From the human T2T-CHM13v2.0 reference genome, Homo sapiens: 64,000 bases of DNA. The notes below the pieces were generated by a model. The model saw only the letters and a program-made list of their open reading frames with translations, was not told where the DNA came from and searched no databases. Made by a program: the position numbers and the translations under genes. Location: assembly GCF_009914755.1 (NCBI RefSeq), contig NC_060946.1; one strand, 5' to 3'. Of this stretch, positions 33,269-47,241 are shown piece after piece (positions within the stretch are counted from its first letter, which is position 1; every line of letters starts with the position of its first letter).

Positions 33269-34276
33269 TGTGGGCAGCAAGCCACCCAGGTGCGAGGCAA
33301 GAGACCGAGGGCAAGAGCTGTTCCAGTGTAATAAAGAAAATATATAAAATAAGAATAGTTATACTAGATATAAATCATAGATATGATTATATATGAATAT
33401 CATTAATCATTAGTTTGTAGCAATTACTCTTTATTCCAATATTATAATAATCCTTGCTCTACAATAAAAACCTAGGAAAATCCAGACCATACAGAGATGG
33501 GAGCTGAGGGGACATAGTGAGAAGTGACCAGAAGACAACAGTGTGAGCCTTCTGTTATGCCCGGACAGGGCCACCAGAGGGCTCCTTGGTCTAGCGGTAA
33601 CACCAGCATCTGGGAAGATGCCCATGACCTAAAGGGACCATGGTCTAGCAGTAGCATCAGTGCCAAGGAAAAGCACCCCTATTTAGCCGACTGGGAAATG
33701 GAGTCTCCCTTTCCCCGGGGGAGTTTAGAGAAGACTCTGTTCCTCCACCTCCTGTGGAAGGCATGACGTCAGTCATTCCCACCTGCAGTTATCTGGAGGC
33801 CTGACCATCTCCCTGTGACACTGTGTTTCAGTGGTCACACTCCTAGTCCACTTTCATGTTCCCTCCCATACACCTGGCTTGCCTTTTAGATAGCAGTAGC
33901 AAAATTAGTGAAAGTACTAAAAGTCTCTGATATGCAGAAATAATGGCATAAGCTGTCTCCTCTCTGTCTCTCTCTCCCCACCTCAGCTGCCAAACAGGGA
34001 AGGGCCCCCGTCCAGTGGACACGTGGCCCACATGACCTTACCTATCATTGGAGATGGCTCGCAATCCTTACCCTGCCCCCTTGTCTTGTATCCAATAAAT
34101 AACAGCACAGCCTGGCATTCGGGGTCACTACTGGTCTCTGTGTCTAGGTGGTAGTTGTTCCCTGGGCCCAGCTGTCTTTTCTTCTATCTCTTTGTCTTGT
34201 GTCTTTATTTCTATGATCTCTCATCTCCACACATGGGGAGAAAAACCCCACAGACCCTGTGGGGCTGGTCCCTACA
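33269..34276 (+). mobile_element. LTR13-family solo LTR (HERV-K13/HML-4)
   Basis: TGTGGGCAGCAAGCCACCCAGG...GGGGCTGGTCCCTACA; perfect 6-bp TSD TTATTA. Confidence 0.92.
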
Positions 34277-34486
34277 TTATTAGTCATAATTTTGGTTGCT
34301 ATGTTAACTTTTTCCTAGAGTTATATTTATGTGGATATGTTATATGGATTTTTATACCCATATAACTTTCTATGTTGCTATAAAATTGCACTCACTCATA
34401 AAATACTGATAATACTGATATGTGAGAGATTTCTTGCTCCCTAGGTTTTCACTGTAATTTAAGGTTACTACGAGTTTAAAATTCTA

Positions 34487-35000
<514 letters not shown>

Positions 35001-36134
35001 TAAAAGTGTGCCTTAAAAAGTAGGATGAGTTTTTAATAAGAAAAAATGTATAAGAAATGCATAAAAACATGTTCTTTATTGAGAAAGAAATAATAATTTT
35101 ATATAATTTGAAGGTTATTTAAAGGTTGTTTCAAAATATTGATTCAGGAAAGACAGTGAAATGTTAAAGAAGAACCAGTAAGTAGAAGAGAGAGATGTGA
35201 AGAAAGTTATTGATAGGGAGATGGAGATAGGAGAAGGTTGAAAAGAAAAGAAATATTTCACATGACAAAGAATCTTGTGTGGTAAATTTTCATCCTAAAC
35301 TAAAATGGCTAGTTATTTAAGAGGGAAAGTACAGGATAAAGTGGAAAGCCCAAGCATGTCAACAATGGTCTGAGTAACTCATTTGTGAAAAGAGAATTTA
35401 TGCAAGATATTTTGCATGTGACCAAGTTTGTTATGATCAGAAGAAAATTAAATTATAAGTCTTTCTAAGGACTGAGCTTTGGCATTAAAAATACACTAAT
35501 ACAAAACTGAAAAAATATGGTCCCCTATGTTAGAACAACAAGGTTTTCTTAAAGTATTGATTTAGTTTTCATAAAATTGCAAGAGGTTTTGAGTTTTAAT
35601 TCTGAAATCTGTTCCCTTAACAGCCGTCTTCTAAACTACAGACAATTTCCATTTCTGTCAAATATTTTTCTGAGATCTATTTAATTTGCCTAGTTTGAGG
35701 GTGGAGATTCAGCTCCCCCTTTTTCTTGCCTAAAAAGGCACAACATCTTGGCTGAGGTGATAACTTTTCTTTTTTTGTCAACTCTTGTACCTTTTTTTTC
35801 TGTGGTTCCAACTCTGCTGTTATGTCCTGATGCTGAAATTTATATCCTGAAAAATCTAGAAAAACAGTGTTTTACTCCAATATAACTTGAAGTTAATAAA
35901 AGTCTGATGGTCCTGATGTGATGTAGTCAGTCATGATTCTGGTTGCATGTAATAAAAATAACCAAGTTTCCTTGTCAATTGGGACATTTGATCAGATTTT
36001 AAATCATGGCTATTCCAAGTTTTTGTCATTCACAGTTGTTTTGAAAATTTCTCTAAAAGCATTTGCAATCTGCTGTAGTCCAAAACAGCTTTTCATAGAA
36101 AATAACAAATACTCTTGAACACAGAATTCTGATA

Positions 36135-36379
36135 AATTTTTTGAGACAAGGTCTCACTCTGTTGCCCAAGCTGGTATACAGTGGCACAGTCTTGACTCAT
36201 GGCATCCTCTACCTCCCAATCCTCTAATCTCAGCCTCCTGGATAATTTTTGTATTTTTTTGTAGAGATGGGATTTCTCCATATTGCCCAGGCTGGTCTCA
36301 AACTCCCAAGTTGAAGTGATCTACCTGCCTCAGCCTCCCAAAGTGCTGGGATTACAGATGTGAGCCACTGCACCTGGCC
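36135..36379 (-). mobile_element. Alu (AluJ-like, internally deleted)
   Basis: Antisense Alu motifs in both arms. Confidence 0.9.
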
Positions 36380-37314
36380 AAATTTTTGGTAATTTAAGAT
36401 CAGTAGACTAAAAAAAAATCTCCAGAGCTTAAATGAATAAACTGATGGGTTTATAAAACTGTTAATCAAGATTAAACAAAACAACTACATGAAATTAAGT
36501 GGTTCACGAAGATGATGTTTTTATGACTTTTATTTGAAACATTATTGGCTGTGAAATATTTTGTTTTCCAGATTTAAGAAAACTTTATCTCGTAAGCTAC
36601 CTACAGTTTACAAAAATTCACTAAATTATAATTTTTTGAACAAAGATGGAAGCATTCATTTTGTCTCCCTACTTGATTCCTCCAAAATTTGGAAAACATT
36701 TGTGAGTATTCTTTTATTTTTACTCAATAAATATCTGTTTCTCTTCATAAACAGAATGTCATTGAAAACATTGGTTATATTATTAAGGCTTTGACTGAAA
36801 TCTCATATTTAAGAAGGTGCATAAAGTGCCTGGCTTCCAGTGCTTCCGCCTGACAGTGAATGAGTAAAAATTGTCACATCCTGGCAGGCCCAAGAACTTT
36901 AAGATTGTAAGTAAAATCTAAAACCTCCCTTGCTTTGGCTTAAGAGGTTTTTAAACCTGAACTTTTTGTAGATTAATGTAGAGAGAAAGTTCTGTTTCTA
37001 AAGAAAAACTATAATGCATCTGTGAGTAGATTGTAAACCTGTGCATGCTTTTCAAGTTCTTGTTATCTACATGTAGATTATACTAGATCTTGAATTTTCC
37101 TAATGTATTTCTCCAAATTTGGCAACAACTCTCCAACTAAAAGCAAAAGTTGCTCTGTTACTAAAGCCCTATGAGCTGAAACTAGATAAATTTTAAAGAA
37201 TAAACATGTGCCTGGTGTATGGATCACAGAAAGAGTTCACCAAACCACCTGATGTCATGACCAAAGACATTCAAACTACAAAGCAGGAGAAGTTAATGTT
37301 TTCATGCCGATTGT

Positions 37315-37378
37315 CCCAGATCATTAGAACAGATTTTCCCAGGTCATTAGAACAGATTTTCCCAGGTCATTAGAACAG
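37315..37378. repeat. 23-bp tandem repeat, ~2.8 copies
   Basis: (CCCAGGTCATTAGAACAGATTTT)n. Confidence 0.9.
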
Positions 37379-38105
37379 GACTGCATGTGATGAGATTTTT
37401 ACCCTTCCTCCTCCTTAATGCTACATTTTTCACTTGGCAGAATAATGATGTGAATGAAAATTCACAATCAATAGCTTCTGCTCATAAGTATCCTTTGGTT
37501 CAATGAGAAAATGACTATGTTATTGTCAATACTGTATGCTGTACCTGGATAAATTTCTCCTGGAAATTAGAAATTTATAGACACAAAAGAAGAAGACAGG
37601 CCTCATGGTTACACCATCTCACCTGATTCCTTATTGTCATTTGATTTATTCAATTAGCTCTATGTAAGGCGAGATTAATGGCTCAAAGCCATTATGCAAA
37701 CTAGAATTGTCCTATTACTATTTACTTCATAATTTCCCTTTTTAAACTGTGTATCCATTACTTAAGTTTTTTTTCAAAAGTTCAACTCCTAACAGAATAA
37801 TGCCGGTACAGCACTTTGAGATGATAGCAAAAGACTACAAAACAGACAAAATTGAACTTAATAATGAACTCCAGGTAGACTTAGCCTGAAAACTACTCCC
37901 TTCAAATCTCCCTTCTTGCTCCAAATGTGCCTAAAAGGATTTTGACACTGACTCTTAAGTGCCAATTAACCCCACCTCAATGTGGGACGAGACCAAAAAC
38001 CAAAATAGGTCCATCCTAGCACTAAGGGCCATCAAAACAGAACTAAAAGATGATTGATCAGTGATGCTTTTGGAAAAAGATCTGGAGCACAAAAGGGAGG
38101 GGAAA

Positions 38106-39268
38106 CGTGAAATTTGTCTCAATCAAAATAGAGTCACTAGTGATAACAAAATTCTGACAGCTCAAGCTGGGGAAGGCCATGAAGAGAGCATTCTCATGTG
38201 TGTATGCCTGATGATGAAAAAGATTCTACAAAAATTACAACCTTGCACAAAGTCCATGACAACGTTATACAAAAAAAAAAATTCTGTAAGGACACCTGCC
38301 CAGTAACTACTGCCTTCCAACCATGGACAGGCGTCACGATCGTTATTGATTTTTGTAGCCAAGGATAATTATTTCAAAACAATTATGTAACCTTCTTCAT
38401 TTTTTCCTTTGAAAACCTTTGTCTTTGATGTAATTTGGGTGTTTGCCCTCTCCAAATCTCGTGTTGAAATGTAATCCCCATTGTTGGAGGTGGGGCCTGG
38501 GGAGGTGACTGGATCATGGGGGCAGGTCCTTTATGAATGGTTTAGCACAATCCCCTTCGTGATAAGTTCTCACCCTGAATTCATGTGAGATCTGGTTGTT
38601 TAAAAGTGTGTGGAGGTTGGGCGCAGTGGCTCACGCCTGTAATCCCAGCACTTGGGGAGGCTGAGTTGGGCAGAGTACTAGAGATCAGGAGTTTGAGACC
38701 AGCCTGGCCAACATGGTGAAACCCTCTCTCTACTAAAAATAACAAAAAATAGCTGGGTTTGGTGGCATATGCCTGTAATTCCAGCTACTCAGGAGGCTGA
38801 GACAGGAATCGCTTGATCCCAGGAGGCAGAGGTTGCAGTGGGCCGTTATCACGCCACTGCACTCCAGCCTCAGTGACAGAGTGAGACTCCGTCTAAAAAA
38901 GAAAAAAGAAAAGGTGTGGCATCTCTCCCCTCCCTCTGTTGCCCCTGCTCTCACCATGTGATGTGCCTGCTCCAACGTCAAATTCTGCCATGAATAAATG
39001 TTTCCTGAGGCTCTCACCAGAAGCAGATGTCAGAACCATGCATCCTATCAGACCTGTAGAACCATGAGCCAATTAAACCTCTTTCCTTTATAAATAGCTC
39101 AGCCTCAGGCATTTCTTTACAGCAACATACAAATGTTCTAGCAGAGTCTTTACCTCCCTGCATATGCACATGGTTTACTATGGCACACATATTTCTATTC
39201 AATGCTCTATTCCCAAACAAGAGTATTTTCTTTCTTTTAGAGAGACTCTGTTTCCTGTGTAGGTTGAT
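38106..39268 (+). mobile_element. 3' LTR of the MER4-group element (LTR54-like), interrupted by MSTB
   Basis: Follows PPT; AATCAAAATAGAGTCACT..GGGGAAGGCCATGAAGAGAG; resumes after the MST and ends TAGGTTGA. Confidence 0.7.
38426..39145 (+). mobile_element. MSTB-type MaLR LTR containing an AluS (38616-38912, +)
   Basis: TGATGTAATTTGG..AAATCTCGTGTTGAAATGTAATCCCCA..GAGCCAATTAAACCTCTTT; 5-bp TSD GTCTT. Confidence 0.88.
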
Positions 39269-39311
39269 GGTTCCAGCTGATCTCAGAAATACTGGAAAAG
39301 ACAAGCAAAAC

Positions 39312-39951
39312 TGTGGCAGATCAGGTCTCATTAACAGTTGAACAGGAAGGACTCCATGACAAGAGCTTCCACACTGACTGAACTGGTTAGGTTAAATATT
39401 AAAGGCTGAACGAGGAGTTGCCCTTACACAAAGGCTGGAACATAACAATAGCAGACAAAAAGTCTGGCCTAGGCCTTTCCTGGGCCTTGAAGCGCAACAA
39501 GATAACAAAGAATTTCTTACATTCTTCACACCAGGATGCATTTAGGATTAAAAACTTCTGTTGGATGTCTGAAGAAACTCCCCCAGACCTCCACACCTTA
39601 GCTGGAGACAAGATAACAGTAATCACCTCCAGCACCAGGACCCCATCTAGATTAGGCAAACTTACTGAGGCTCCGGAGGAAGGTCTCCAGGACCCAGAAC
39701 TTAGTTATAGATTAGGTGGAATCAGTCACTTTTGTCCTTAGGAAAATGCACACTTACACACAGACATACAGCTTAGAAGATATATAAGCTCTGGAAAAAC
39801 TTGGTAACTTTGAGTTTGTCTGGTGATGTTTTCCCCAGCCTTCTCCCTATACCTGGTTACAGAAATAAAATCTCTTCTTTCCAAGTTTGTCTGCATCTCA
39901 TTACTGGACCATGAGAACAAGCAGCCAGAATCTTGATTTGGTCCAGGAACA
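39312..39951 (+). mobile_element. PABL (PABL_B-like) ERV1 solo LTR
   Basis: TGTGGCAGATCAGGTCTCATTAACAGTTGAACAGG start; GGTTAAATATTAAAGGCTGA; TTTGGTCCAGGAACA end. Confidence 0.8.
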
Positions 39952-40272
39952 CAACCAGCTAAAGAAAATCTGAATTGGGATTAGAAATATGGAGGTATGT
40001 AAACAGATCAGTTTGAATATTGGGCTCCAAATCCTTTCATAGATATTAAACATATACCTGAAATTACAAATGAGGTAACCATTCAAAAGCTTATTCATGA
40101 TTGAAGAGGGGCTGGGATACCCGTTTCTTCTTTGGGGACATGCTTTTCATTAGCCCTAATCTCATAATCCACATAGGAGTTCCTTTCTTCTAAAGATTTT
40201 TCTTTTTTTACCACTTTATTCACTGCTGCTTGAAGGGCAACACCAGATGCAGGTTGAGCCAATAGTGCCAGC

Positions 40273-40329
40273 CAGTAAGAACTGGAGTGCACAGTAAGAA
40301 CTGGGGTGCACTGTAAGAACTGGGGTGCA
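40273..40329. repeat. 19-bp tandem repeat, 3 copies
   Basis: (CAGTAAGAACTGGRGTGCA)3. Confidence 0.9.
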
Positions 40330-40756
40330 CTCCCACCACCATTACCAGTGCTTTCACACCCTCCCATGGGATGCAGTACCCACGGCAGAGGAGCACTCTG
40401 AACATAGCTGTGGGTTACGAGGCTGCATCTGCAGTCCACACTCTTACCAAACCACGAGATCAATGCTAACTCCCTAAAGCAGGCTGGGAACACAGATCTT
40501 CCTCCTTCACACAGCTCTGGGAAGCTCTAACTTCTTTTTGCACTTAAGATAAATTTTCATGCAGCAATCCCACTACCAGGAACTTATCAAAAGGAAATAT
40601 TTGGAATGCACACAGATGCATGCAGTTATTGATCTGTAATTATCTGGATGTCTATCAGTAAGAAATTAGTTATTTAAATTTATTCACATGCATTCAAATG
40701 ACAACTCCACAACCTTTAGGAGAATAAAAATGGATTTCAAGGATCTTCTCTCTCAG

Positions 40757-40995
40757 AGAGGCAGTGTAGAGTGATGGCTAAGAGTTCCAGCTGGCAGCAA
40801 GCTCACCTGGACTCACATCTGAGCTCTATACTTACTGTCTCTGTGGCCTTGGGTAAATTATCAAGGGCTCTGAGCCCCACATCCCCCATCTGTAAAATGG
40901 ATTTTTAGGAAGATTAAATGGGTTTTAATGTAAAGTGCCCAGGACACACTGTACTTGGGACATAGCGAGAATTCAATGCAAATTAGTCAGTATTG
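40757..40995 (+). mobile_element. MIR SINE
   Basis: CTGTGGCCTTGGGTAAATTA..CTCTGAGCC..CATCTGTAAAATGG core. Confidence 0.85.
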
Positions 40996-41067
40996 ATGAC
41001 ATGTCCTTAAATGAGTAAAACATGTTATGAAACAACATGTAGACGATGCTTATATTTTTATTTCCTA

Positions 41068-41931
41068 TGTGAACCCAAAATATCTGAGACAGGTCTTAGT
41101 TCAGAAACTTAATTTTGCCAAGGTTAAGAACATACCCATGACACAGACTCAGGAGGTTCTTATGACATGTGCCCAAGGTGGTTGTGATACAGCCTGCTTT
41201 TATACATTATTATTTTTTTCTCAGACAGAGTCTCTCTCTGTCTCTCCGTCACCCAGGCTGGAGGGCAGTGGCTCAATCTCGGCTCACTGCAACCTCCTCC
41301 ACCTCCCATGTTCAAGCAATTCTCCTACCTCAGTCTCCAGAGTAACTGGGATTACTAGGGCCCGCCACCACAGCCGGCTAATTTTTGTATTTTTAGTAGA
41401 GACGGGATTTCACCATGTTGACCAGACTGTCCTCGAACTCCTGACCTTGTGATCCACCTGCCTCGGTCTCCCAAAGTGCTGGGTTTACAGACATGAGCCA
41501 CCACGTGCAACCACTTTTATACATTTCAGGGAGAAATGAGACATCAATTAATATATGTAAGATTTTCATTGGTTTGATCTGGTAGGGTGGGGAGCTTCCA
41601 GGTCATAGATAAATTTAAACATTGATTGAAAGAGTTATTAGAAGAAAGGAATGCCTGTGTTACAATAAGCAGTTATGAAGACCAAGGTTTTATCATGCAG
41701 ATGAAGCCACCAGGTCACAGGCCTCAGAGAAAATAGATTGTAAATGTTTCTTGTTACACTTGAGGTTTGTATTGATGTTAATGCTGGAGGGGTACAATGA
41801 GGCATTTCCAAGCCCGTTTTCATCATGGCCTGAACTAGAGTTTCAGGTTAACTCCGGAATGGCCTCTGCCAAGAGGATGGGTCCATTCAGATGGCTGTTG
41901 GGGGGCCTTAGAATTCCACTTTTGGTTAACA
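41068..41931 (-). mobile_element. MER4D/E-type LTR (3' LTR of a minus-strand element) containing an Alu (41213-41512, -)
   Basis: Reverse complement starts TGTTAACCAAAAGTGGAATTCTAAGGCCCCCCAAC; PPT complement TCCCCCTTCT follows. Confidence 0.82.
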
Positions 41932-42850
41932 CTGTCCCCCTTCTGGCCAAGTCAGTGGCCACCCAATTTTTATTTTGTCCTGTAGTGTTGCCAGGGTGGC
42001 GTAGCTACCTACTTCACGTCCACCCTATTTTTGTAGCCTGTCAGTTTCAGGTGATTACCTAAGAACCTTAAGATACATGGTTATTTTACCAATAATTTAA
42101 GATTTAGCTGTTTTCATTAAACCGCAACATTAACATCTTATTGGTTTAAAAACCACAAAAGCAGAGATGATTCTGTTTGGTGGCTGGCTTTATAGTTTTA
42201 TAACTTTTCATTTTTTGAGACGGAGTCTCACTGAGCCACCCAGGCTGGAGTGCAGTGGCACCACTCTGCTCACTGCAACCTCTGCCCCCTGGGTTCAAGA
42301 GATTCTCCTGCCTCGGCCTCCTAAGTAGCTGGGAATACAGGTGACCGCCACCACAGCTAGATTTTGTATTTTTAGTAGAGACGGGTTTCACCATATTGGC
42401 CAGACTGGTCTCGAACTGACTTCATGATCCAACCGCCTAGGCCTCCCAAAGTGTTGGAATTACAGGGGTGAGCCACTGCGCCTGGTCAATTTTATAAATT
42501 TTATGCCAAATTCTGACACCTTATAGTATGTGGCAGAGATAAGTATGAAATAGCTTGATCAATAAGTCATGTGAACATGAAAAACTTTTGGGCGAATTAT
42601 TGAATTTATGAGGACTCTTTAAGTTTAAGCCAAATTTGTTGCCTGTGATCAAAAACACGTAAGAAAATATGCGTACATACACATAAACACACACATACAC
42701 ACTCGTACAAACAAAGATCCTGTAGCTTTTGCTTCAGAAATCTAGCCATGAGATATTGATACAGACTTTTAGGTTTGCAAAACAATAACAAAAATAATTG
42801 GATGCAAACAGTGGACTTTAACTTAGTGAACAAATATTTAGTGCAAAGCC
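41932..42850 (-). mobile_element. MER4-group internal remnant containing an Alu (42208-42486, -)
   Basis: Adjoins the LTR via PPT; ACAAACAAAGATCCTGTAGCTTTT..TAGCCATGAGA motif typical of MER4-int antisense. Confidence 0.65.
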
Positions 42851-42864
42851 CCTCATCTTAGTAA

Positions 42865-43412
<548 letters not shown>

Positions 43413-43878
43413 TCCAACACCCCTTGGAATTTTTAACATGCTTGGTGAGAGGCAATGGTACTGGGAACCCGTGGACCTGCACACAGGGGGTGCCTCCTGT
43501 GGTAGTACCCGGGGCCCTGCTGCCACCAGCAGACCCCTGGCCTGTCCTGCTGACTGCCAGCTTATGCTCCTCCACCACCACCGCCTCTGGTCTTCCCAGT
43601 CATTTCCAGTGCTCAGGGTTGCTCCTCCTCTGTCTCCTCAAGCCCTCAGCTCAGTGCTGCCCCTCCAACCTCACTGAGACCCTTGGTGGTTCCTTTCCAT
43701 CCTCAGCTCCCTCGCAGACCCTGAGTAGTATCCAGCCACACTCAGTTCTCTCTCCTGGATGCTCTGTCCTCCCTTGGCCACTCAATACTACAGTATTTAA
43801 GTCCTATTCGTCATAGTCTTTGTTGGGGTATGATGATGAGTAAGAGCCATAGTTCACAGTGAAGTGGCCTGATTCAAA

Positions 43879-43915
43879 TTAGGGTTAGGGTCTGGTTCTG
43901 GGTTAGGGCTTGGGG
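43879..43915 (+). repeat. Short degenerate interstitial telomeric repeat
   Basis: TTAGGG TTAGGG TCTGG TTCTGGG TTAGGG CTTGGGG. Confidence 0.8.
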
Positions 43916-44282
43916 TGTTAAAATAAAAGCCTTAGACAAGTTCAATTTCACAGAGTTTAGTCGGGCAGAAAAAGGTTCATAAACTGGGTAGCACTCAGGA
44001 CAAATGTGATTCAGAATCCTCCACCACACAAGGGGGTGCAAGCTATATTTACAGCCAGAAAAAAATGACATACAGAGAGCCTTTGTTGGCTGCAGTCAGC
44101 ATTTGCCTTATTTGGTCATGTTTTCGCAGCTTTCAGCCTGAGACTGGCTGCAGGAACCTTCAGCCAAGACTTGGCTCCTTGGCACAAGAATGTATACTCT
44201 TGGTTTATAGTTTGTGTTCACATTCAGTCATGTTACAGTTCACCATGTACAGAGGCAGCTTTATGCCCAACTTGATTTAACA
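43916..44282 (-). mobile_element. MER57-family LTR
   Basis: Reverse complement starts TGTTAAATCAAGTTGGGCATAAAGCTGCC; other end TGTTAAAATAAAAGCCTTAGACAA. Confidence 0.78.
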
Positions 44283-44773
44283 ATTAGCTACTTTGGAGAG
44301 GGAGCTTTGTGAGACCGACCAAAGGCATGAGCAGTGACACCACCTTCTGTCATCATCATGGTGAATTTTTTTGATCTCAGTACGGTATTCATAGTCCACG
44401 ATGTCAAAATAATTACATGATTCTCATGTTTTCTTCAAGGTTTTGTTACTCCAATCATAATGAGACTAGTTGATGTACAAAGAATGTGCTGCATACTAGT
44501 ATGTAAGACTTTTAAGTGAGTACAATACATTAGTGATGACATCATGCTGGTTATCAGAAGGATAATACCAAGAAACTTAAATGCGCCCCTTAACAGGAAT
44601 TTCAGCAAAGAAAACATTAAAATCAAACAATTCAAAATTCAGGCAAAAGAGAGAGTACTACAGTATTCAAGTCCTATTGTTCATAGTCTTTGTTGGGGTA
44701 TGATGATGATTACGAGCCATAGTTCACAGTGAAGTGGCCTGATTCAAAGAGGTATTCATGCTTTCAGTTGGTC

Positions 44774-45495
44774 TGTGTTTTACTCCATTTGTATTGTTAT
44801 AAATAAATACTTGAGGCTGGGTAATTTATAAAGAAAGAGGTTTATTTGGCTCACAGTTCTGCAGGTTATACAAGCAACATGGTGCTCTGGCATCTGCTTC
44901 TAAGGAAGCCTCAGGAAACTTACAATCATGGCAGAAGACTAAGAGTGAGCTGGCCATCACATGGTGAGTGTGAGCAAGAGACAGACTAGGGAGATGCCAG
45001 CCTCTTTAAATAAACAGATCTTGGCCTGGTGCAGTGGCACACACCTGTAATCCCAGTGCTTTGGGAGGCCGAGGTGGACGGATCATGAGGTCAGGAGATC
45101 GAGAGCATCCTGGCTAACACGGTGAAACCCTGTCTATATTAAAAAACAAAAAAATTAGCCATCGTGGTGGCAGGTGCTTGTAGTCCCAGCTACTCAGGAG
45201 GCTGAGGCAGGAGAATGGCATAAACCTGGCAGGTGGAGCTTGTGGTGAGCCAAGATCGCACCACTCTACTCCCTCCTGGGTGACAGAATGAGACTGTCTC
45301 AAAAAAAAAAAAAAAAAAAACAGATATTATGTGAACTCAGAGTAAGAACCTGCTCGTGACCATGAGGACAGCACCAAGCATCCATGAGGGATATGTCCCC
45401 ATGAACAAAATACCTTCCAGTGGGCCCACCTCCAACATTGGAGGCCATATTTCAATGAGAGATTTGGACGGGAGAAAACATCCAAAACATATCAG
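44774..45495 (-). mobile_element. MST-type MaLR LTR containing an AluY-like element (45022-45320, +)
   Basis: GAGGCTGGGTAATTTATAAAGAAAGAGGTTTATTTGGCTCACAGTTCTGCAGG..CATCCAAAACATATCA; Alu TSD AAACAGAT. Confidence 0.88.
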
Positions 45496-45519
45496 TGGGA
45501 TAAGACAAGTCATAGTAAC

Positions 45520-45611
45520 CTGGACTAAATGAAACAAAAATCAGAAAACCTTGGAATAGTCAAGTCCAAAACTGGACTAAATGAAACATAAAAATTAGAA
45601 AACCTTGGAAT
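45520..45611. repeat. ~51-bp tandem duplication
   Basis: CTGGACTAAATGAAACA..AAAA(TC/TT)AGAAAACCTTGGAAT twice. Confidence 0.85.
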
Positions 45612-46492
45612 GATGCCAACCATCTTTCAGGGAGTCTACAAATCAGCCACATGCTGCTCCCATAAGCACGTCATGTGTTTCTTTCCCCTGAGAAATTACC
45701 TTAATGTATTCAATGGCAGTGTTTAGAGAAACGTATTACTGGCCACCATTTAAACTATGTTCTCCATAGTAGTAAAATCAGGGGAAAGAGAAGTGGAACA
45801 TTCAGTTTTGTTCAGCACCACACACAAGCCCCCAGCATGGACAAAGTGATGATTGAAAGCCGTGTCATGTTCCACCAAGTGTTTTTGTTGGACACAAACG
45901 TTCTCATCCACCAGTTGAAGGGTGACCTCTATCTTTCTAAATCCCAGTGAAGTCTGACTATCCTCCAAATCCAAAATTTTTCAACTTACAGATTAGCTTC
46001 AAATTCCACACAACTGGCACCCCACTACCACCAAGTCTGAGGCCCCAAGAACCCCACTGGAAACTTGTCTCAGTGGAAACTAACTCATCTTCATCTATTT
46101 CAAAGTTGGTACTGATTTCCGTTATTGACTGCTTTGACCTCTGATTGTGGGAAATATTATGGGAACTTTTAAGGAAAGCTATTTGGAAGGCAGGACTGAG
46201 CCAGGTTAAATAACAACGTCCAAACCAGCAAGGAGGCAGAAGGAAGCAAATTCTCTGCGGACCCAGGAGATACCCTGGGAGCTGGAAAAGGGGTCACCTC
46301 ATGGCACGTGAACCGAGCTCAGTTGCATTGGCTTATCCCTAAGTCTGCCTAGCTCCTGATCAAGTTGCAGGGGGAAACTTACTCTTATGTGGTCCACTTA
46401 CAGTTGTGCAACCTACAATGTGCTCTAGATGGAGCAGCTGTAAGATGTCAGAGCTAGCAACAGCCTAGTCCCTGAGGCACTCTGGAATACCA

Positions 46493-46647
46493 CTCACCCA
46501 GCTGCATCTGTTGAGTACCAAATGCCCCTCACCGACCTGCATCTGTGGAGTACAACATGCCCCTCACCGACTTGCATCTGTGGAGTACCACATGTCCCTC
46601 ACCCACCTGCATCTGCAGAGTACCACATGTCCCTCACCGACCTGCAT
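46493..46647. repeat. 35-bp minisatellite, ~4.4 copies
   Basis: (CTCACCGACCTGCATCTGTGGAGTACCACATGTCC)n with starts at 46493, 46528, 46563, 46598, 46633. Confidence 0.95.
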
Positions 46648-47203
46648 AGGAAGGTGCATGAGAAATAAGTTCTCTTCTGAAAATTAGCGAAAATTTCAAA
46701 AACTATACAAAACAAAAATACGCATTCACAGTCTCTGGAAATGGTCCCAAGAGCATAGAGCAAATAAAGTTTTACTCACATGCAGGAACTCAAGGAACTT
46801 CAAATTAAACAAACACAAAGAGATCCACAGACACATCATAGTAATGATGCCAAAAGCTAAAGAAACATAGGAAACGCTGAAAGCAGAAAGTGAGATAAAG
46901 AAAGAGGAGCCATTGAGCTTAAAAGGGATCCTCTAAAACTGTTATAAGCAGGAGGAATCCCAAGGAGACTAACAGCTGATTTTTCACCAGAAACAATAGA
47001 GGCCAGGAAGAAGGGGAATAACATATAAAATGTCTGAAGAAAAAATCCTGTATTCACCATGGCTATGGTTAAAAACTGAGGGTGAAACAAAGACATACCT
47101 AGATTAACAAAACTGAGATAATTCATTGCTACCAGACCTATCTTACAAGAAATATTAAAAGAAGTTGTTCAGGCTGAAAATGATTACCCCAGACAATAAT
47201 CCA

Positions 47204-47207
<4 letters not shown>

Positions 47208-47238
<31 letters not shown>
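47208..47238. repeat. (CA)n microsatellite
   Basis: ~15 AC units. Confidence 0.97.

Positions 47239-47241
<3 letters not shown>

Larger units (their letters stand above)
44283..46440 (-). mobile_element. ERV1 internal remnant adjoining the MER57 LTR, interrupted by MST and Alu
   Basis: Contiguous with the LTR; antisense ERV-like decayed sequence; no intact ORF. Confidence 0.55.
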
